From IMG/VR virus record IMGVR_UViG_3300017779_000001: a stretch of 64,000 bases of DNA. The stretch is one strand, 5' to 3'. The notes beneath the pieces were generated by a model that worked only from the letters and a program-made list of their open reading frames with translations, searched no databases and was not told the DNA's origin. The translations under genes were made by a program, and so were the position numbers. Below are positions 28,888 through 38,565 of the stretch, piece by piece (the first letter of the stretch is position 1; each line of letters begins with the position of its first letter). The DNA comes from a virus.

Positions 28888-30123
28888 ATGGATAAAAGAA
28901 GTTACGATAGAAATGAGTCGATTGACATCAATGGGAAGATGTTTCATTTCACCCCCGACAGGAAGGAGTTCTTAGCAACCCTTACTGGCACATACCCCAA
29001 CAAGACCTCGTTTACTGCAGAGGACTTGAAGAACCTTGGACATGTACCTTACTGGGTAAAGTCTGCAAGGTACAACTTTAGAGACAATGGTGTCTTTAAT
29101 TTACAGGCAGTAGTTGGTGGTTACACAGGAAGTTCTATTCCAGTGTCCACAGTCAAAATGACTAAACCTAGTCAGACTAACGTAGGATTTAATTCACCAG
29201 TTGCAGTTGCAACTGAAGCATCTTCAATGAATATCATTGAGGATAGTGTAAAAGTTATCCCCGAGAAGATGAGCAACTATGTTCCTTTTGGACATTTCAA
29301 AGATGTCAAAAGTATTATCAAGTCTAAAATCTTCTTCCCTGTCTTTGTCACTGGTCTAAGTGGTAACGGGAAGACACTGATGGTCGAACAAGTTTGTGCT
29401 CAACTCAAGAGAGAGTGTTACAGAGTCAACGTCACCATCGAGACTGATGAAGATGATTTGATGGGTGGACACACTCTCAAAGGTGGGGACTTAATGTTCA
29501 GAGAAGGCCCTGTCCTCAAAGCAATGAGAAAAGGTGCAGTCCTTCTTCTAGACGAAGTTGATTTGGGTTCTAACAAGTTGATGTGTCTACAGTCAGTTCT
29601 TGAAGGTAAAGGATACCTTATCAAGAAGACTGGTGAGTACGTGACACCTAAAGAAGGGTTCACTATCATCGGTACTGCAAACACTAAAGGTCAAGGGTCA
29701 GACGATGGTAAATTCATCGGGACTCAGTTGATGAACGAAGCAATGTTGGAAAGGTTTGCAATTACTATGCAACAGGAATACCCACCATTAGTTACTGAGA
29801 GAAAAATCGTTGAGAAAGAAATGGCTCTCAATGGTCATGAGGTTGACAAGGAGTTCGTTGAGAATCTTGTTGACTGGGCATCAGTTATCAGAAAGACTTT
29901 CTATGAAGGTGCAATCGATGATGTCATTACTACAAGAAGGTTGGTTCACATTGTCAATGCATGGAAAATGTTTGGTGACAGAATGAAGTCAATCCAACTA
30001 TGTATTTCAAGGTTCGATGAAGAAACTAGAGATAGTTTCCTTGACCTCTACACTAAGGTTGACGCAGGTGTCAGCATGGGTGATGATGATTACGAAAACC
30101 CTATTGACTCAAATGAAGTTTAA
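28888..30123 (+). CDS. CobS/MoxR-like AAA+ ATPase
   Basis: GLSGNGKT, LLLDEVD, TANTKG.G, NEA.LERF, TTRRLVH; AAGGAG RBS. Confidence 0.9.
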   Translation: MDKRSYDRNESIDINGKMFHFTPDRKEFLATLTGTYPNKTSFTAEDLKNLGHVPYWVKSARYNFRDNGVFNLQAVVGGYTGSSIPVSTVKMTKPSQTNVGFNSPVAVATEASSMNIIEDSVKVIPEKMSNYVPFGHFKDVKSIIKSKIFFPVFVTGLSGNGKTLMVEQVCAQLKRECYRVNVTIETDEDDLMGGHTLKGGDLMFREGPVLKAMRKGAVLLLDEVDLGSNKLMCLQSVLEGKGYLIKKTGEYVTPKEGFTIIGTANTKGQGSDDGKFIGTQLMNEAMLERFAITMQQEYPPLVTERKIVEKEMALNGHEVDKEFVENLVDWASVIRKTFYEGAIDDVITTRRLVHIVNAWKMFGDRMKSIQLCISRFDEETRDSFLDLYTKVDAGVSMGDDDYENPIDSNEV

Positions 30124-30142
30124 TAGTACAATGTCAGTACCT

Positions 30143-30445
30143 ATGAAAAATATAGACTACAAGTACAATGAGGGAGAACTCTTAAATGAGTTCTCCAAGT
30201 ACATTGACAAAACTTATGACCAACACTATAGTTTGAACAAGTATCAATCTACTGAGTTTATTATAGACAGTGGTCATGGTGAAGGATTCTGTGTCGGAAA
30301 CATACTCAAGTATGCACAAAGATACGGTAAGAAAAACGGAAAAAACAGAGCAGACATTTTAAAGGTTATGCACTATGCTTTGTTTATGTTGCATGTGCAT
30401 GACCGTGAAATTATAATGGAGAAAGTGAAAAATGAAGTTATCTAA
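30143..30445 (+). CDS. DUF3310-like protein
   Basis: TY.QHYS, GFC.GNILKYAQRYGKK.G.N..DILK..HYA. Confidence 0.75.
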   Translation: MKNIDYKYNEGELLNEFSKYIDKTYDQHYSLNKYQSTEFIIDSGHGEGFCVGNILKYAQRYGKKNGKNRADILKVMHYALFMLHVHDREIIMEKVKNEVI

Positions 30446-31097
30446 TCAAACGAAAGATATACTCAAAAACTTTGCAACCATCAACAGTGGTATCAAAGTG
30501 TCAGAAGGTAATGAGATTAAAACAATCTCTGCAATGAAAAATGTTCTTGCAAGAGCATCAATAAGTGAAGAGTTCCCACAAGGGTTTTCTATCTATAACC
30601 TACAAGAATTCTTGGGTGCAACTTCCTTACTGGAAGACCCCGATTTTCAATTTAACGAAACTAATTTGAGTGTGTCAGATACAGACTCATCTATGTCTTA
30701 CTTCTATGCAAGTGAAGGAATGGTTATCACCCCCGAGAAGATGGTGACTATGCCCGAGACTGAAATTAGTCTTAGTATCAATGTAGACTTACTACAGGAT
30801 TTGCAGAAAGCTGCAAGTGTATTGGGTGTAACAGATTTAATCCTAGAATCAGATGGAACTAATCTTACACTTACAGTGAGAGACAAAAAGAATTCAACAT
30901 CGAATGCATTTTCTAGAATCGTTGGACAAGGAAACGGTAAAAGATTTGAGATGTATTTCAAAATTGAGAATCTGAAAATACTACAAGGTAACTATGATGT
31001 TCAAGTATCATCTAAAGGTGTATCACACTTTAAGAACAAAGACATCGACCTTGAATATTTTATTGCATTGGAACCCGATTCAAAATATGACATCTAA
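30432..31097 (+). CDS. gp45: sliding clamp gp45
   Basis: MKLS..T..ILKNFA.IN, F.IY.L.EFL, YFIALEPDS. Confidence 0.95.
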   Translation: MKLSNQTKDILKNFATINSGIKVSEGNEIKTISAMKNVLARASISEEFPQGFSIYNLQEFLGATSLLEDPDFQFNETNLSVSDTDSSMSYFYASEGMVITPEKMVTMPETEISLSINVDLLQDLQKAASVLGVTDLILESDGTNLTLTVRDKKNSTSNAFSRIVGQGNGKRFEMYFKIENLKILQGNYDVQVSSKGVSHFKNKDIDLEYFIALEPDSKYDI

Positions 31098-31118
31098 TAT
31101 AAATAGTATTAAGATGAA

Positions 31119-31229
31119 AATAAGTGTGAGTGTTATGCCAGTCTCTGTAATACCCACGGGAGTCACTATATCTCATCAAACCTCTAGGGTTAGTGGCACA
31201 GTAAATTCGGTGGGGAGTTTACACCTATT
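31119..31229 (+). promoter_or_regulatory. candidate structured RNA leader of gp44
   Basis: Three hairpins in a closing stem, possible pseudoknot; GGGGAG partly sequestered. Confidence 0.55.
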
Positions 31230-32174
31230 ATGAATACAGAATTTCTATGGGTAGAAAAGTATAGACCTCAAAATATTGAGGAATGTATTTTACCCGAATC
31301 AATCAAAAAAAGTTTCCAAGAGTTCGTTGGACAGAATCAGATACCTAATCTTTTATTGAGTGGTACAGCAGGAGTCGGTAAGACAACAGTTGCAAAAGCT
31401 TTATGTAATGAACTAGGTGCAGATTTTATCGTAATAAATGGTTCAGATGAGGGAAGACTTATCGAAACCTTACGAGTTAAAATCAAGAACTTTGCATCAA
31501 CAGTGTCTTTATCCAATTCCCCAAAGGTAGTAATACTGGACGAAGCAGACTACATCAATGCAGATTCTGTTCAACCCGCTCTTCGAAATTTTATTGAAGA
31601 ATTTAGTAATAACTGTAGATTCATTTTCACTTGTAATTACAAGAACAGAATCATTGCACCACTACACTCAAGATGTGTAAACATTGATTTCAAAATTACA
31701 AACGATGATAAACCAGTTCTTGCATCACAGTTTATGAAACGTGTGGAGAATATACTAGGTAACGAACAGATTAAGTTTGAAACACCAGTAGTTGCAGAAT
31801 TGATATTCAAGTTCTTCCCCGATTTCCGAAGAGTGTTGAATGAACTACAAAGATACAGTGTGGCAGGTGTAATTGACAGTGGAGTATTGTCTACACTTGC
31901 AGATGAAAAATTAACACCACTAATCTCATGCATCAAAGAAAAACGATGGGGTGACATGAGGAAGTGGGTAGGACAAAATTCAAATCAAGACTTCTCAGTG
32001 TTATTCAGAAAAGTATTCGATGCACTTGAGAAAAGAATAGTACCCGAATCGATACCAGCAGCAGTGTTAGTGATTGCAGACTATCAATATAAGAATGCTT
32101 TCTCTGCAGATGCAGAGATTAACTTTGTTGCATGTATGACAGAACTCATGACAGAGTGTAAATTTAAGGAGTAG
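31230..32174 (+). CDS. gp44: clamp loader large subunit gp44
   Basis: LWVEKYRP, GTAGVGKTT, ILDEAD, PLHSRC. Confidence 0.97.
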   Translation: MNTEFLWVEKYRPQNIEECILPESIKKSFQEFVGQNQIPNLLLSGTAGVGKTTVAKALCNELGADFIVINGSDEGRLIETLRVKIKNFASTVSLSNSPKVVILDEADYINADSVQPALRNFIEEFSNNCRFIFTCNYKNRIIAPLHSRCVNIDFKITNDDKPVLASQFMKRVENILGNEQIKFETPVVAELIFKFFPDFRRVLNELQRYSVAGVIDSGVLSTLADEKLTPLISCIKEKRWGDMRKWVGQNSNQDFSVLFRKVFDALEKRIVPESIPAAVLVIADYQYKNAFSADAEINFVACMTELMTECKFKE

Positions 32175-32176
32175 AT

Positions 32177-32485
32177 ATGGGACAATATGATGAAGTAGTT
32201 GAAAGACAAAGACATTTACTGATAGCTGAAGAAATGAGAGATACAGTTATGCAGATACATGTCCATAGTCTAAACTCAATGTGGTATGACGACAGACCCG
32301 AAGACACTGAAGGTGGCAAGGGTGTGAGTGATGTTCAATATATGGACGGTAGAGTCATTAGAGAAATCTTATCCACTAGAGAAAAAATTACTATGGTCGA
32401 AGGACTATTCGGAGATGATTTGATTCATCATGTAGCAAGACAACTACATGATAGAGGAGAAACACTTGAAGATAAATCCGTTTGA
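32177..32485 (+). CDS. hypothetical protein
   Basis: AAGGAG RBS; inserted between gp44 and gp62. Confidence 0.6.
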   Translation: MGQYDEVVERQRHLLIAEEMRDTVMQIHVHSLNSMWYDDRPEDTEGGKGVSDVQYMDGRVIREILSTREKITMVEGLFGDDLIHHVARQLHDRGETLEDKSV

Positions 32486-32855
32486 TTATGTAAAAGCAGT
32501 ATCATCTACCAAGAAAGACATCATGGTAGATGACATATCTGAGAAACAATACGCACCCTTTTTAACAAACAAATCTCTATCGTACCATAGAGATTCTATA
32601 TATTTTGTACAGGAGATGAACACCTATCACCACCTAGATAATCGTCTACAGTTCTCTTTTTTCCTAAATACTCTTCGTAGTAAACAAAGGTTCTCCAAAT
32701 GGAGTAAACCCTACATAAGTAAAAAAATAGAGGTAGTTAAAGAATACTATAAGTGTAATGACAACAAAGCACACGAATACGTAAATATTTTGACTGACTC
32801 TCAAATAAAAGAATTGAAGAAAAGAATGAATAAAGGTGGTACAAATAATGGATAG
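32448..32855 (+). CDS. gp62: clamp loader small subunit gp62
   Basis: Y.PFLTNKSLS...D.I....EMN, R...RFSKW; synteny. Confidence 0.9.
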   Translation: MIEEKHLKINPFDYVKAVSSTKKDIMVDDISEKQYAPFLTNKSLSYHRDSIYFVQEMNTYHHLDNRLQFSFFLNTLRSKQRFSKWSKPYISKKIEVVKEYYKCNDNKAHEYVNILTDSQIKELKKRMNKGGTNNG

Positions 32856-33252
32856 TTTTGAAGATATTTCCAATCTAGTCGAGATAACTTTCCCCGAAAA
32901 AGATGACTTCTTAAAGATAAGGGAGACACTCACCCGTATAGGTGTAGCTTCTCGGAGAGAAAAGGAACTCTTCCAAAGCTGTCACATACTACACAAAAGA
33001 GGTAAGTATTATATCGTACACTTCAAAGAGTTGTTTAAACTAGACGGAAAACCTAGTACAATTGATGAGACAGATGTCGGTAGAAGAAACAGTATCGTAA
33101 TTCTCCTTGAACAATGGAAATTATTATCAATAGTAGATAAAGATAAGGTAAAAGAACCCCTTACACCTTTGTCTCAGATAAAAATTATCCCGTTCAAACA
33201 GAAGAGAGAATGGAAACTCACCTCCAAGTATAGTATTGGAAACAAGGAATAG
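32848..33252 (+). CDS. regA: translational repressor RegA
   Basis: DDFLKIRETLTRIGVAS, LFQSCHILHKRGKYYIVHFKELF.LDG. Confidence 0.97.
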   Translation: MDSFEDISNLVEITFPEKDDFLKIRETLTRIGVASRREKELFQSCHILHKRGKYYIVHFKELFKLDGKPSTIDETDVGRRNSIVILLEQWKLLSIVDKDKVKEPLTPLSQIKIIPFKQKREWKLTSKYSIGNKE

Positions 33253-33260
33253 GAGGAAAT

Positions 33261-33467
33261 ATGTTTCAAGGTATAATAGATTTTGTTATGGGTATATGGA
33301 ATTTGTTGATGATAGTCCCAGTGGTTATCTCAATTTGTTCAGTGGTCGTAGCAATAACACCAACCCCACACGATGATAAGGTATGGGCAAAGGTGTATAA
33401 ATACTTAGAGATTTTAGCACTTGCCGTAGGTAAAGCTAAAGATAAGAATCCATTATTGGATAAATAA
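33261..33467 (+). CDS. small membrane protein (holin-like)
   Basis: Hydrophobic helix then TPTP.DD..W.K.YK..E.LAL. Confidence 0.5.
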   Translation: MFQGIIDFVMGIWNLLMIVPVVISICSVVVAITPTPHDDKVWAKVYKYLEILALAVGKAKDKNPLLDK

Positions 33468-33492
33468 ATATAACTAACGTTAGGAGTATATT

Positions 33493-33768
33493 ATGGAATA
33501 TTTAATTGGAGCAATAGTATTGGGTGTCTTAGGATACGCAGTCTATGAATCATTAAGTAAAAGTGATACCAGTTCTAGTGTAGTACCAGTATCGAAACCA
33601 ACACCTGTAAAAAGGAAAGTTGCAGTTAAGAAAACGGTACCACCAGTTGCAGATTTGAAAACAATGACAAAGCAACAGTTAGTCGAGTTTGCAGACAAGA
33701 ACAACATTAAAGTTGTGAAGTCTAAAACAAAAGCTGACATCATTAGAACTATTTCTTCAGTAAAATAA
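33493..33768 (+). CDS. membrane-anchored protein with HeH/Rho-N-like C-terminus
   Basis: N-terminal TM; L..MTK.QL.EFA....I......TKADII. Confidence 0.55.
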   Translation: MEYLIGAIVLGVLGYAVYESLSKSDTSSSVVPVSKPTPVKRKVAVKKTVPPVADLKTMTKQQLVEFADKNNIKVVKSKTKADIIRTISSVK

Positions 33769-33787
33769 GAAGAACACACTTGAAGAG

Positions 33788-33814
33788 AGGGACTCACATG
33801 AGTCCCTTTTTTTT
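33788..33814 (+). terminator. rho-independent terminator
   Basis: AGGGACTC-ACAT-GAGTCCCT then T-run. Confidence 0.85.
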
Positions 33815-33849
33815 ATCCCGAAGAAACGAGTATTCTTATAAATAACAGT

Positions 33850-34146
33850 ATGGACTTTGTTTTTGAATTGATAAGTGAATTGGGATTTCCTATAGCAGGT
33901 GGAATTGTTATGGGCATTTTTATATTCGTTATCATCAAACAAATACTACAAGGCATTGTAGACCAAATTAAAACACTAACAATGTTCTGTACGTCATTAG
34001 AAAATCGTGCAAGAACCATGTCAAATGAAATGACAAAGATAGACATGTTAGTCTCGTCAGCTCTCCAACTAAGACCCGACATTGAAAGGGTTGCTAGGGC
34101 AGAGAACTTTATAGAAGATGGGAAACTAGATGTAAGGAGAGACTAG
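33850..34146 (+). CDS. membrane protein A of curli-associated pair
   Basis: ELISELGFPIAGG TM then coiled coil; 5 nt after TATAAATA. Confidence 0.65.
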   Translation: MDFVFELISELGFPIAGGIVMGIFIFVIIKQILQGIVDQIKTLTMFCTSLENRARTMSNEMTKIDMLVSSALQLRPDIERVARAENFIEDGKLDVRRD

Positions 34147-34433
34147 TGGAAGAAGTAAACATAGTCGAACTTATATCACAGTATGGATTTCCTATCGTCA
34201 TGGCAGTTGGTTTAGGTTACTTTATATATTATGTGTGGTGGTTTATTGGTGAACACATAGAACCCGAAATTGAAAAGATGCATATAGCATTGATTCGTGT
34301 AATCGACCAAACAAGGATGTTAGACCAAGACCTTATACGACTGAAAACAAAAGTGGACGTTGTGTTAGAATATAAAGAAAATGAGAAAAAAAAGGGAAAA
34401 GGTAAAACGAATGAAAAACATAATTCTAATTAG
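34146..34433 (+). CDS. membrane protein B of curli-associated pair
   Basis: ELISQYGFPIVMA TM, similar to the previous gene; GTG start. Confidence 0.65.
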   Translation: MEEVNIVELISQYGFPIVMAVGLGYFIYYVWWFIGEHIEPEIEKMHIALIRVIDQTRMLDQDLIRLKTKVDVVLEYKENEKKKGKGKTNEKHNSN

Positions 34434-34890
34434 TGGACTTCTTTTATTCAGTATAAGTGCAAGTTCTGATATAGTTCACAAATTCAAGAACCCCAGTTTC
34501 AGTGGGGTAGGTACTGGAGCTCATTATCTCACAATTGAGAATCAAGAAAGCTCAAGAAAAAAAACAATTAAAGATGCTCTTGAAGCTGCAAGGAAAGCTG
34601 CATTAAGAGAAGAAGAAAATTCTACACTTGCAAAATTTATTAGAAATTTAGAATCAAGAATTTACTCACAGTTATCAAAACAATTAGTAGAATCAATGTT
34701 CAGTAATGATAATGCATCAAACTTTGGTTCATTTGTTTTGGAAGGAAGCACTATAACATGGGAAGTTATCACTGGTGCAGATGGAACAGATTTTATTAAA
34801 ATGACCATTGTTGATAGTGACGGAACAACAACAGTTATAGAAATACCTGTAGGAACAGGTAACTTTGGTCAAGACCCCGATGGAGGGTAA
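34411..34890 (+). CDS. csgF: curli assembly protein CsgF-like
   Basis: Signal peptide, then IVHKFKNPSFSG (CsgF NPxFxG), F.RNLESRIYSQLS.QL. Confidence 0.8.
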   Translation: MKNIILISGLLLFSISASSDIVHKFKNPSFSGVGTGAHYLTIENQESSRKKTIKDALEAARKAALREEENSTLAKFIRNLESRIYSQLSKQLVESMFSNDNASNFGSFVLEGSTITWEVITGADGTDFIKMTIVDSDGTTTVIEIPVGTGNFGQDPDGG

Positions 34891-34891
34891 A

Positions 34892-35857
34892 GTGGTACGA
34901 TGTTTGCATGTATTACTAAGTGTCATTTTAATGACGGGGTGTGCATCATTTCCACAATGGAGTGAGAACCCCCAAGACTGTAATGACACAGCAGGGAAGT
35001 ACACTGAAGGTTTTAATAGACACTTGCAAATGGGTATACAGAAATCCATGGCACGAAAGTATATTTGTGTCGACAACCCTGAGGTAGTAAGTCTACCATC
35101 GTATATAGAACTTTTAGAACTACCACCAGCAAAAGACAAACCAGTCGTTGCAGTATATAATTTTTTAGATAAGACTGGTCAAAGAAAAGCAAGAGAAGGT
35201 ATTGCAGACTTTTCAACTGCAGTCACACAGGGTGCAACCGAAATGGTTATTGATGCACTCAAGACAGCAGGTGGTGGAACATGGTTTCGTGTTGTGGAAA
35301 GAAATGGTATAGACAATCTCGTAAGAGAAAGACAAATCATTCGTTCTGCAAGACAGGATTATGCAACAGCAACTGAGACATCAGCAAAGGGTGTACAACC
35401 CTTATTATTCGCAGGAATAATTATTGAAGGTGGTGTTATAGGTTATGATACAAATCTTATGTCAGGTGGACGAGGCGCACGAACACTAGGCATAGGATAT
35501 GCAAAACAATATCGTAAAGATGTTGTTACTATAAGCATGAGAGCAGTATCTGTTCTCACGGGTGAAGTATTATTAAACGTTCAAACACGTAAGTCTGTAT
35601 TGTCTTACGGTTCTTCAGGTGACATTTTTAGATTCATCGAACAGGGAACACAACTTGTTGAATATGAGGACGGAGTGGGAAATAATGAATCAGTGACGTA
35701 TGCAGTACGTACAGCTATTGAAGCTGCAGTACTGGAATTAATATACCAAGGACACGATAGAGGTTTTTGGAAAATAGAGGATGGACATCGTCATCCCCAC
35801 CAATCTAATGGGACTAACGATTTACATTCAACAAAAGAGGTAAACGAAAATGAATAA
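34892..35857 (+). CDS. csgG: curli secretion channel CsgG-like lipoprotein
   Basis: Lipobox LMTGC; VAVY.F.DKTGQRK, FSTAVTQG, WFRVVER.G.DNL..ERQIIR, IIEGG.IGYDTN; start uncertain. Confidence 0.92.
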   Translation: MVRCLHVLLSVILMTGCASFPQWSENPQDCNDTAGKYTEGFNRHLQMGIQKSMARKYICVDNPEVVSLPSYIELLELPPAKDKPVVAVYNFLDKTGQRKAREGIADFSTAVTQGATEMVIDALKTAGGGTWFRVVERNGIDNLVRERQIIRSARQDYATATETSAKGVQPLLFAGIIIEGGVIGYDTNLMSGGRGARTLGIGYAKQYRKDVVTISMRAVSVLTGEVLLNVQTRKSVLSYGSSGDIFRFIEQGTQLVEYEDGVGNNESVTYAVRTAIEAAVLELIYQGHDRGFWKIEDGHRHPHQSNGTNDLHSTKEVNENE

Positions 35858-36590
35858 ACTAATTAGTTTAGTATTATTAATGTCGACAACATTCGTATTC
35901 GCACAAGCCACTGATGATAATGAAATTAAAATCACACAATCAGGTGATACGTTGAAACTTTACATCGACCAAATCGGTTTTGGTAACAAAATCGGTGGAG
36001 ACAATGGTTCTTCAGGTAGTGTATCAAGTGCAATGGCAATTACTGGTAGTTCTTTAGAATTTGATTTAGATTTCAACGGTAACAATAATGTCCTATTCGG
36101 GCCTGTTACTGCAGACAGTTCTATTTACAAGTTAGATTTCACAGGAGATTCTAACGTAATAGACTGGAAAATTGGTGATACAGGTAGTGCAGATTCATCG
36201 GACATCAACTTTGATGTAACAGGAAGTAGTAATACTTTTGATATAGACCAAGGTAGTGTAGCGAGTTCCGAATCTTTAGATGCAGACTTAATATTAATCG
36301 GTAGTTCAAATATTTTTGATATAGATTGGGAAGCAGATAACTTGACATGGAATTTTGATGTCACTGGTTCTTCTAATAACATAAACACTTTACAGAATGA
36401 TGCTAGTGACTCTTCACTAACATTCACTCACGATGGTGATAGTGCAGATGTAGACATCAATCAGATGACAGGAACTTGTCCGACTGGTGTTACAGGGTGT
36501 TCTTCACCAACTAGTATTATAACACTAGATGTTACAAGTGATAATGCAGTTATTCAAATCAATCAAAAAGATTCAGCTAACGATTCTTAA
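35850..36590 (+). CDS. secreted curlin-like beta-repeat protein 1
   Basis: Signal peptide; DNEIKITQSG...IDQIG..N; ~23-aa G.SN.F.I repeats. Confidence 0.7.
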   Translation: MNKLISLVLLMSTTFVFAQATDDNEIKITQSGDTLKLYIDQIGFGNKIGGDNGSSGSVSSAMAITGSSLEFDLDFNGNNNVLFGPVTADSSIYKLDFTGDSNVIDWKIGDTGSADSSDINFDVTGSSNTFDIDQGSVASSESLDADLILIGSSNIFDIDWEADNLTWNFDVTGSSNNINTLQNDASDSSLTFTHDGDSADVDINQMTGTCPTGVTGCSSPTSIITLDVTSDNAVIQINQKDSANDS

Positions 36591-37692
36591 CATTTTATTA
36601 TTCAGTGGGGTTGCATTAAGTAACCCCATTGGTGATGTTAAAGAATTGACAGGATTCGCAACACTCCTACGCGAAGATAATCCACAAGATATAAACGAAG
36701 GGTACGAAGTAGTCTTATACGATGAGGCACGTACTGGAGACGGTAGAATGTTAATAGAGTTCTTAGACGAAGAAGAACTTGCACTTACTGAACACTCCAT
36801 AGTGTATATCGATGAAGCATACTATGACCCCGACCCATCAAAATCTAAGATGGCAATCAATATGGTTCAGGGTACAGCTCGATTTGCATCAGGAACTGGA
36901 AGTAGAATACGTAAATCAAACATAAGTGTAACAACACCTACAGCACAAATTGCCATTAGAGGCACAAATTTTACAACAACAATAGATGAATTAGGTAGAA
37001 CACTTGTGATATTACTACCTGATGAAGATGGTGTGACACCTTCAGGTGAGATAGATGTATCAAACGAAGGTGGAACAATTACACTTAGTAAAGCTTTTGA
37101 AGCAACAATGGTTTCAACAGTTGAGTCACCTCCAAGTAGAAGTGTCGTTATAAATAATATCACCACATCATTAATCGACAATATGTTTATTGTAAATCCC
37201 CCCGAGGAAGTACAAAAGGTTGTCGAAGAAGAAGCAATCAGTGACTTGGAAGAAGACCAAGGAATATTAGACATAGACTTTCTAGAGTTTGATGACCTTG
37301 AGAGTGATTCTCTTGCAGACACAACAGTTGATTTAGAATACTCAGAATTAGATATCGACATGTTAGATGTTGATTTCTTAACCGACCTACTAGATGTGGT
37401 CGAAGAATTAGAAAGGACTACACTCAGTCTTAGAGACACACAAACACAAACAGGAAGTGGTGCATTCAACATACAGGGTGCAACAACAGGATTTAACAAA
37501 GATTCACAATATAATGTTTTTGTTCAAGATGGAGATTTATATCTCTTCAGAAACGTAAACGGAGTGATTGAGATAATCATTGCACAAGGTGGAAGCGGTT
37601 ACGTTGAAACGATTGTTGATGGATATGAGGGAGTTATTCAATTTGGTAACGGTGACCCTAGTATTGAAATATTTATCAATCAGTCAAACTAA
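36544..37692 (+). CDS. FecR-domain protein
   Basis: Signal/TM; D..RTG.GRM.IEFLD...L.LTEHS, V.TPTA.IAIRGT.F; acidic D/L-rich C-terminus. Confidence 0.8.
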   Translation: MQLFKSIKKIQLTILNILLFSGVALSNPIGDVKELTGFATLLREDNPQDINEGYEVVLYDEARTGDGRMLIEFLDEEELALTEHSIVYIDEAYYDPDPSKSKMAINMVQGTARFASGTGSRIRKSNISVTTPTAQIAIRGTNFTTTIDELGRTLVILLPDEDGVTPSGEIDVSNEGGTITLSKAFEATMVSTVESPPSRSVVINNITTSLIDNMFIVNPPEEVQKVVEEEAISDLEEDQGILDIDFLEFDDLESDSLADTTVDLEYSELDIDMLDVDFLTDLLDVVEELERTTLSLRDTQTQTGSGAFNIQGATTGFNKDSQYNVFVQDGDLYLFRNVNGVIEIIIAQGGSGYVETIVDGYEGVIQFGNGDPSIEIFINQSN

Positions 37693-37706
37693 ATATAGGA
37701 GAATAT

Positions 37707-37847
37707 ATGTTAAGTAAGATAAAGGAATGGCACGAGAACTCTTTATACAGTTTTCAAAAAGGGTTACGACTAGATGACTATCACATGATGTGGTTAGCAT
37801 TTGGTAAAGGTGTCCTTTTGGTATTATTATTACAATGGATATTTTAA
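37707..37847 (+). CDS. 46-aa membrane peptide (not in ORF track)
   Basis: AGGAG RBS; MLSKIKEWHENSLYSFQKGLRLDDYHMMWLAFGKGVLLVLLLQWIF. Confidence 0.6.
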   Translation: MLSKIKEWHENSLYSFQKGLRLDDYHMMWLAFGKGVLLVLLLQWIF

Positions 37848-38563
37848 CTAAATTGAAGTCAGTATTTGTGGGGATGTTAATCATCCCCATGATTACTATA
37901 GCTGACGATAATGAAATCAATATCACACAGACAGGTGATAACTTTCAGTTGGGTATTGACCAAATTGGATATGATAATAAGATACAAATGTTAGATATCA
38001 ATTCATTCATTACTGCATCAAGTTTAGATATGTATTTGGTACAAGTAAATACGAATGCAAATGCTAATCCTAATACAATTACTTTTGACGAAATCAGTGG
38101 TTCGAATAATCAAATGAAACTTGCACAAGGAGTTGCATGGACTACACTTGATTCTGATACTGATTTAACTTGGTATGGTGATAGTTATGAGTCAGGTGGA
38201 CATGAGATAGATATTACTCTTTATGGTGACTACAACAAGTTAGCAGTCCAACAAACTAATCAGACAGGTGCAACAGATGGACATGATTTTGATTTACACT
38301 TAGCTGGGGATTATAACGAAGTTAAAATTAAACAACAAAGTAATGGTGCAAAAAATATAGGTCTTACAATTTACAATGACTATAACGATGTATTCATTCG
38401 TCAAAAAGGTAATGGTGCTACTCATAATGCAAACATAACTCTTGACGGATTATACGGTACCGATTTAATCCTAAAACAAATGAGTACTACAAATCAAACA
38501 TACAATCTAAGTCTTGATTGTATGACAGTTGGTGGTTGTGGAGTGACAGTTACACAGGAATAA
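37835..38563 (+). CDS. secreted curlin-like repeat protein 2
   Basis: Signal peptide; DNEINITQTG...IDQIG; GDYNKLAVQQ, GDYNEVKIKQ, NDYNDVFIRQKG repeats. Confidence 0.75.
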   Translation: MDILTKLKSVFVGMLIIPMITIADDNEINITQTGDNFQLGIDQIGYDNKIQMLDINSFITASSLDMYLVQVNTNANANPNTITFDEISGSNNQMKLAQGVAWTTLDSDTDLTWYGDSYESGGHEIDITLYGDYNKLAVQQTNQTGATDGHDFDLHLAGDYNEVKIKQQSNGAKNIGLTIYNDYNDVFIRQKGNGATHNANITLDGLYGTDLILKQMSTTNQTYNLSLDCMTVGGCGVTVTQE

Positions 38564-38565
38564 TT

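Noticed and set aside
26248-30123. Cobalamin biosynthesis auxiliary genes
   Set aside because: No CobN or other cob genes; the proteins fit a generic MoxR-VWA pair.
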